From Tubiluchus corallicola (Eukaryota > Animalia > Priapulida): a stretch of DNA of 62,784 nt. Positions 61,001 through 62,784 of the stretch are shown piece by piece. Numbering within the stretch: position 1 is the stretch's first letter; every line of letters begins with the position of its first letter. Under the pieces are notes generated by a model. The model searched no databases. It saw only the letters and a list, made by a program, of their open reading frames with translations, and was not told the DNA's origin. The stretch covers positions 1 through 62,784 of the forward strand of contig JAQGDQ010001099.1 of assembly GCA_030141605.1 (NCBI GenBank), written 5' to 3'. The position numbers were made by a program, and so were the translations under genes.

Positions 61001-62280
61001 TCAGGATCTCCATACACCTTGCCCAGGCATGCGCCCTGGAGACGTTCAAGGATCGGACTCTCTTGGCGCACATTCCATTGTCTTCCTAGACAGAAGGATG
61101 CCAATAACAATAAAAGGTATATTAACTTTAAAAGTCCTTTTATAAAACAATATTTTGACTTCAAGTAAAGCAAAGTAAATAGCTAACTGGTACCGTGTGT
61201 GATAGGTGGACAAGTTTAAGCATCGCTGTGCCTGGCTAATAAATGGATTAGTGACAGCTGAGGAAAATGTTCCTGGAGAGTTTGATCTAATTTACTACTT
61301 CTGACTACTTCTTTCACTAAAGAATGACACGTGCACACAACAGAACACAGGTAAGCAACCTCTCTTGGCTGCGTGTCTTATCTTAACCCTTTCACTACGT
61401 AGTTGCTTTTTAACTGCATCACGCCGACTTTTGCACATTTGACAATAACTTCTTATGGTGTGTTACCAAAACAGAATTTTGTAAATAAACAAATAGTTGC
61501 TTGTTATTGAGTACTAATATTAAATATTAGTTTTGTTTCTACACATGTGACCACACATACATGAACTCATGCACACACACACGCACGCATGCACGCAAAC
61601 ACACACACACACACGTGCACACATTCATAAATAAGCATGTACTTATATTTAGAAACCAGTTTTCACAAAAGTCATGTTACTAATTTATAATATGCAATCA
61701 TTTTATAAGAATGCAGAACAATGAACTAAACACTATAGGTTTCATCAACGATCTACAAGTGATTTTGCATGAGAACATACCATACAGTACAGTATTGTGG
61801 ACTGCACCTGGCTTCAGATGCTGATTGGCTGGTTAGCATTACTTGTAGCAAAGCAACCCCAATCCCAGGGCTGTTAAACTTTTCTACAATGTTTTTGCAT
61901 GACCACAGCAGTGAAATAAACAGACCTGGGTAACGGCAACTGAGCTTGAGCGGCAGTCTACCGCCTTCCGTCCCTTGCATGAAAAACCCAGGCAGCAGTG
62001 TGCCGCCTTCCGTAGTGAAAGGGTTAAAGGATTATTCTTGAAAGCAAAATACGTTCTGGTCCCCCTACACGTAAATTCGGCCCACCGAGCACTCCAACTC
62101 AAACTGCGGAGCGGAAAAGGTGTATAAAAAAAACTTTTTCACCTGAATGAGTTTGTCCGCGTCTTCGTTCTTCTGCGTCAGCTCCACTTCCTGCTCCGCG
62201 AGTATCGCCTTCAACTCGTCCACCTGCAGCGCCGTCGTGCGGAGCTTCTCCAAACCGCTTTCCAGACGATCGATCTTACT
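51874..62280 (-). CDS. DNAH9/11/17-like: Axonemal dynein heavy chain fragment, copy 4 (stalk/MTBD exons), partial
   Basis: Exons 62280-62143, 59710-59531, 56774-56631, 54708-54570 or 54496-54358, 52016-51874. Confidence 0.92.
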
Positions 62281-62784
62281 CTGCAAGCAAGTAAGAGAGG
62301 TCACAGTTACGTGAGAGGTCAGAGGTCACGTGTCGAGAGCTACGCCAGTACTGCGCTTCTTCTGGAGTAAAAATGTTTACTCATGGTTGCATGGATCTGC
62401 CCTTGCAAACCTGTTTCATACTGTACATTTAACTCTATGCAAAGGTTAAAGTACGTAATTTGTAATAAACAGACACCCAGCAATTCTGTACTTATTTAAG
62501 GAAATTTTTTCTACAAGAGCATGAGCTAGTCATGGAAGAACTAGTCTTTACACTTACGACTAGTCACCTCATAAGCGTAAGTGTAAAGACTAGAGCAACA
62601 TACGACTAGTCACCTCATAAGCGTAAGTGTAAAGACTATAGCAATATATGACTAGTCACCTTATAAGTGTAAGTGTAAAGACTAGAGCAATATACGACTA
62701 GTCACCTCATAAGCGTAAGTGTAAAGACTAGAGCAATATACGACTAGTCACCTCATAAGCGTAAGTGTAAAGACTAAAGCAATA

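Larger units (their letters stand above)
42723..62784. repeat. Right inner inverted repeat: arms 42723-~50879 and ~54312-62784
   Basis: Mirror of the left inner inverted repeat. Confidence 0.96.

Overview
Eukaryotic (probably invertebrate metazoan) genomic DNA, not prokaryotic. The only supportable protein-coding content is an internal, intron-rich fragment (about 700 aa, roughly end of AAA3, AAA4, and stalk CC1-MTBD-start of CC2) of an outer-arm beta-type axonemal dynein heavy chain gene (DNAH9/11/17 family). It occurs as four partial copies in alternating orientation (+,-,+,-). The whole window is one giant inverted repeat (arms ~1-29555 / ~33265-62784, 3.7 kb spacer). Each arm contains a second ~8.5 kb inverted repeat, and each inner spacer holds an inverted MITE pair, giving three nested palindromic tiers. 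Exons upstream of the repeated block lie only in the central spacer; the downstream exon lies only in the inner spacers. Each copy carries two tandem 139-nt, same-phase paralogous exons for part of the microtubule-binding domain, a candidate mutually exclusive pair missed by the ORF track. Introns are filled with satellites (20, 29, 36, 41, 45, 46, 71 bp units, three built on splice-site sequence), microsatellites and non-autonomous DNA transposons. An assembly or amplification artefact cannot be excluded from sequence alone. Coordinates were read by eye; repeat boundaries are approximate.
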